A stretch of DNA of 64,000 bases from Gammaproteobacteria bacterium. Its GTDB lineage: Bacteria > Pseudomonadota > Gammaproteobacteria > Arenicellales > Poriferihabitantaceae. Below the pieces are notes generated by a model. It made no database searches. It was not told the origin of the DNA and was given only the letters and a program-made list of their open reading frames with translations. A program made the translations under genes and the position numbers. Location: positions 13,335 through 77,334 of the forward strand of contig JBLIOD010000006.1 of the NCBI GenBank assembly GCA_047639475.1. The letters are read 5' to 3'. Of this stretch, positions 63,397 to 64,000 are shown one piece after another (the first letter of the stretch is position 1; every line of letters begins with the position of its first letter).

Positions 63397-64000
63397 TTAG
63401 GCTAGCTTGGCAGCCTGAGTAACCCACTCTTCACGGTCGATACGACCTTTGAAGTTTAGCTCGCCGTCAATTTCTGCAATTTTCTCTGGTGTGAAAGCGG
63501 CGATTTGAGCAAAGGTAGAAATGCCCATTGCTTGAAGCTTGCCTTCAATCACTGGACCAATGCCATTGATATCAGTCAGCTTATCGGCAGCATCGCTAGC
63601 TGGGGCCTCAACTTCAGGCTCAACTTTCGCTGCTACTTTCTTCGCCACTTTTTTAACAACTTTCTTTGGTGCTGGCGCTGCTTCTGCAGGCTCACTCGCT
63701 TCAACCACTGGCGCAGCTTCAACAACCGCTTCCGCTACAGGTGCCGCTTCTTCAACAACTGCCGCTGGGGCTTCTTTTTCTGCTGCTAAGCCAGTTGCTT
63801 GCGAAGTTAACGAAGCAAGACGCGCATCGTTGATCATGTCTGCTGCTGCAGCTAGATATAAACGAATGGCTTTAATAGCATCATCATTGCCTGGAATAAC
63901 GTAATCAATGCCACGCGGCGAGCAATTTGTATCCACAATAGATACCACTGGAATACCTAGCTTATTGGCTTCGTTAACCGCGATGTAATCATACTCACGA
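63397..64000 (-). CDS. rpsB: 30S ribosomal protein S2 (5' end outside the window) with an unusual C-terminal extension
   Basis: The S2 C-terminal core ...[29 protein letters not shown]... continues without a stop for about 125 further residues to the TAA at 63397-63399. Confidence 0.9.
   Translation of the reverse strand, partial: REYDYIAVNEANKLGIPVVSIVDTNCSPRGIDYVIPGNDDAIKAIRLYLAAAADMINDARLASLTSQATGLAAEKEAPAAVVEEAAPVAEAVVEAAPVVEASEPAEAAPAPKKVVKKVAKKVAAKVEPEVEAPASDAADKLTDINGIGPVIEGKLQAMGISTFAQIAAFTPEKIAEIDGELNFKGRIDREEWVTQAAKLA

Overview
This window is mostly core chromosome from a gammaproteobacterium. All calls rest on motifs read by eye from the six-frame translations, with no database search. 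Several conserved gene blocks are present: sucCD; pilA divergent from pilBCD-coaE; mutT-argJ-secA-(dciA-like)-lpxC; metG/apbC-dcd; rnr-rlmB; truD-pyrF; lolA-rarA-crcB-serS; and rpsB-tsf-pyrH-frr-uppS-cdsA-dxr. A partial Sox thiosulfate-oxidation locus (soxXYZA, preceded by a tusA-like gene and a BepA-like protease) plus a rhodanese and two SulP transporters suggest a marine sulfur-oxidising, Thiotrichales-like organism; that taxonomic guess is inference only. I found no CRISPR array, IS element, integrase, prophage or recognisable defence or toxin-antitoxin genes, and I cannot support a clear novel multi-gene system. The best candidates for a second look are four. (1) A small module next to tRNA-Asn: a GcvA-like LysR regulator, an SHMT-family protein with substitutions in canonical active-site motifs, DadA and an ABM-like protein. 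It could be an alpha-methylserine or hydroxymethyl-amino-acid to D-alanine to pyruvate route. (2) Ribosomal protein S2 carries a C-terminal extension of about 125 aa ending in a helix-hairpin-helix-like module. (3) A gene-decay zone at about 47.2-55.3 kb holds a multiply disrupted aminotransferase pseudogene and a 5'-truncated SDR gene frameshifted at a G9/C9 homopolymer. (4) A divergent pair of SulP/STAS transporters is separated by about 0.37 kb of unassigned DNA. Where the ORF track began at an upstream alternative start, coordinates were trimmed to the most plausible start codon.
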